Source of the DNA: Rubrivivax sp.
Lineage (GTDB): Bacteria; Pseudomonadota; Gammaproteobacteria; Burkholderiales; Burkholderiaceae_C
NCBI GenBank assembly: GCA_030681795.1
Contig: JAUXRG010000064.1
Coordinates: forward strand, 80,483-144,482
Direction: 5' to 3'
Length of the DNA stretch: 64,000 nt
Part shown: positions 61,927 to 64,000 of the stretch, one piece after another
How positions within the stretch are numbered: position 1 is the first letter of the stretch
How the letters are laid out: every line of letters starts with the position of its first letter
Position numbers and translations under genes: made by a program
Notes under the pieces: generated by a model
Told to the model about the DNA's origin: nothing
Databases searched by the model: none
The model's input: only the letters and a program-made list of their open reading frames with translations

Positions 61927-64000
61927 GTGAACGACCCCCACGCATCCCCTGCCCCGCTCGGCATCTCGGGCCGTCTGGCTGCGGCCTTCCAGAACAGCCC
62001 GCTGACACCGCTGCTGGCCCTGGTGGCCCTGCTGCTAGGCGTATTTGCCGTGCTGGTGACCCCGCGCGAGGAAGAGCCGCAGATCAACGTCACGATGGCC
62101 AACGTGCTGATTCCCTTCCCGGGGGCCAGCAGTGCCGACGTGCAGAACATGGTGGCGCGCCCGGCCGAACAGGTGCTGGGCCAGATCGCCGGCATCGAGC
62201 ACACCTATTCGGTCTCTCGCCCCGGCATGGCGGTGCTGACCGTGCAGTTCAAGGTGGGCGTGCCGCGCACCGAGGCGCTGGTTCGCGTGTTCGACGTGCT
62301 CAACGCCAACCAGAACTGGCTGCCCCGCAACGTGGGCACGCTGACGCCCATCGTCAAGCCCAAGGGCATCGACGACGTGCCGGTGCTCGGCGTCACGCTG
62401 TGGAGCCGCGACGGCACGGCGGCGGTCGATCTCGAGCGCGTGGCGCACACCGTGGAAGCCGAACTCAAGCGCGTGCCCGGTGCGCGTGAAGTGCAGACCA
62501 TCGGCGGCCCGGGCCGCGTGGTGCAGGTCACCCTGGAGCCCGGCCGGCTGCGCGAGCGCGGCATCGACCTGCTGGGCCTGAAGCAGGTGCTGGCCGGCGC
62601 CAGCTTCGCCATGCCCGCGGGCCAGACCGCCGACCCGGCGGGTTCACAGATGCTCACCGTGGAGACGGGCGAGTTCCTGCGCAGCGCCGAGGACGTGGGC
62701 GATCTCGTCGTCGGCGTGCAGGCCGGCAAGCCCGTCTACCTGCGCGAAGTGGCGCGCGTCGAAGCCGGGGCCGCGCAGCCGCTGCAGTACGTCTGGTTTA
62801 CGCCCGGTGCGGCCTCGCTGGCCGCCGCAGGTGCAGCCTCTGCGGCAGGCCGGGGCGGCGATGTCTACCCGGCCGTGACCCTCAGCCTGACCAAGAAGCC
62901 TGGCGAGAACGCCGTGGACGTGGCGCATGCGGCAAGCCAGCGCATCGAGGAGTTGCGCAACACCGTCATCCCGGCGGGCATGCAGGCCACCGTCACGCGC
63001 AACTACGGCCAGACCGCCGCGGAGAAGGCCAACAAGCTGATCCAGAAGCTGGCCTTCGCCACCGGCGCGGTGATCCTGCTCGTCGGCTTGGCGCTGGGCC
63101 GGCGCGAGGCGATCATCGTCGGCGGCGCGGTGATCCTCACGCTCACGGCCACGCTCTTCGCCTCCTGGGCCTGGGGCTTCACGCTCAACCGCGTCTCGCT
63201 GTTCGCGCTGATCTTCTCCATCGGCATCCTGGTCGACGACGCCATCGTGGTGGTGGAGAACATCCACCGCCACCAGTTGCTCGAGCCGGGCAAGCCGCTG
63301 TGGGAGATCATCCCGCGCGCCGTCGACGAAGTCGGCGGGCCCACCATCCTGGCCACCTTCACCGTCATCGCGGCGCTGCTGCCGATGGCCTTCGTCACCG
63401 GGCTGATGGGCCCTTACATGAGCCCCATCCCGATCAATTCCAGCCTGGGCATGGCCTTGTCGCTGGGCATCGCCTTCACGGTCACGCCCTGGCTGGCGCT
63501 CAAGCTGATGAAGCCGCATGACCTGCTGGGCGAGCACTCGCACGGCCAGCACGCGCCCAGCGCCATCAGCCGCTTCATGTCCCGGGGCTTCTCGCGCCTG
63601 CTGCTGCCGTTCCTGGACAGCGCTCGAGCCCGCTGGCTGCTCCTGGCCGGCATCATCGCCGCGTTGGCGATCTCGGTGGCGCTGGCGCTGGTTCCGACCT
63701 GGGCGGTGGGCGTGGTGCTGAAGATGCTGCCCTTCGACAACAAGAGCGAGTTCCAGCTCGTCGTCGATATGCCCGCGGGCACACCGCTGGAAGATACCGC
63801 CGCGGCGCTGCACGAGATGAGCGCCTTCCTGGCGCGCCAGCCAGAAGTGGAAAACCTGCAGGGCTACGCCGGCACGGCCAGCCCCATCACCTTCAACGGC
63901 CTGGTGCGCCAGTACTACCTGCGCGCCGATGCCGAGCAAGGCGACCTGCAGATCAACCTCGTGGACAAGGCGCACCGCGACGAGCAAAGCCATGCCATCG
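61927..64000 (+). CDS. Efflux RND transporter permease (AcrB/CzcA superfamily), 5' part; continues beyond the window
   Basis: Not on the ORF track because there is no stop in the window. My translation from GTG 61927 gives VNDPHASPAPLGISGRLAAAFQNSPLTPLLALVALLLGVFAVLVTPREEEPQINVTMANVLIPFPGAS... The same frame at 63001 gives ..LFALIFSIGILVDDAIVVVENIHR.., an RND signature. The exact start is uncertain. Confidence 0.85.
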   Translation, partial: MNDPHASPAPLGISGRLAAAFQNSPLTPLLALVALLLGVFAVLVTPREEEPQINVTMANVLIPFPGASSADVQNMVARPAEQVLGQIAGIEHTYSVSRPGMAVLTVQFKVGVPRTEALVRVFDVLNANQNWLPRNVGTLTPIVKPKGIDDVPVLGVTLWSRDGTAAVDLERVAHTVEAELKRVPGAREVQTIGGPGRVVQVTLEPGRLRERGIDLLGLKQVLAGASFAMPAGQTADPAGSQMLTVETGEFLRSAEDVGDLVVGVQAGKPVYLREVARVEAGAAQPLQYVWFTPGAASLAAAGAASAAGRGGDVYPAVTLSLTKKPGENAVDVAHAASQRIEELRNTVIPAGMQATVTRNYGQTAAEKANKLIQKLAFATGAVILLVGLALGRREAIIVGGAVILTLTATLFASWAWGFTLNRVSLFALIFSIGILVDDAIVVVENIHRHQLLEPGKPLWEIIPRAVDEVGGPTILATFTVIAALLPMAFVTGLMGPYMSPIPINSSLGMALSLGIAFTVTPWLALKLMKPHDLLGEHSHGQHAPSAISRFMSRGFSRLLLPFLDSARARWLLLAGIIAALAISVALALVPTWAVGVVLKMLPFDNKSEFQLVVDMPAGTPLEDTAAALHEMSAFLARQPEVENLQGYAGTASPITFNGLVRQYYLRADAEQGDLQINLVDKAHRDEQSHAI

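Overview
This window is very GC-rich (by eye about two-thirds G+C or more; not computed) and tightly packed. Gene content and order (soxCDYZAXB, ribF-ileS-lspA, DUF3149, ThrH, many acyl-CoA enzymes) suggest a Burkholderiales/Comamonadaceae-type betaproteobacterial chromosome; this is inference only. I can support about 58 protein-coding genes, one decayed transporter locus, one rho-independent terminator and a few candidate operators. By eye I found no rRNA, tRNA, CRISPR array, transposase, integrase or phage genes. Blocks in order: (1) a RES-Xre toxin-antitoxin pair. (2) Beta-oxidation genes: fadBA-like, acyl-CoA dehydrogenase, thioesterase. (3) HtrA protease, molybdopterin oxidoreductase, ThrH, RhlE, EttA. 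(4) A HlyD/ABC-2 exporter, a quinone reductase and a LuxR-type two-component pair. (5) SDR, S10 peptidase, PLP dehydratase, a lipoprotein, membrane proteins, and a cysteine-less Moco-fold periplasmic protein coupled to a hybrid histidine kinase. (6) murB, yajQ, a retropepsin-like protease, paired acyl-CoA dehydrogenases, a DmpA-type peptidase, rsuA, a glycosyltransferase-methyltransferase-glycosyltransferase cassette, and ribF-ileS-lspA. (7) A decayed phosphonate ABC transporter remnant. (8) A sulfur-oxidation neighbourhood: HiPIP, CcoG, SoxH-like hydrolase, FccAB, dihaem cytochrome c, periplasmic DsrE-like protein, soxCDYZAXB. (9) An RND efflux pair that runs off the window. Most of this is ordinary core genome, and I found no convincing wholly new multi-gene system. 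The items most worth a second look are: the tandem ATACCC..GGGTAT palindromes between soxC and the RND operon; the Moco-fold pseudo-enzyme plus hybrid kinase pair; the periplasmic DsrE-like protein and lipobox-bearing SoxX/FccB in the sox region; the phnD/phnE deletion scar; and the glycosyltransferase cassette. The many 200-1600 aa ORFs antisense to real genes are GC-driven artefacts. The ORF track prints alternative start codons as M; for example, the first codons at 15920 (+), 46373 (-) and 57575 (-) are GTG.
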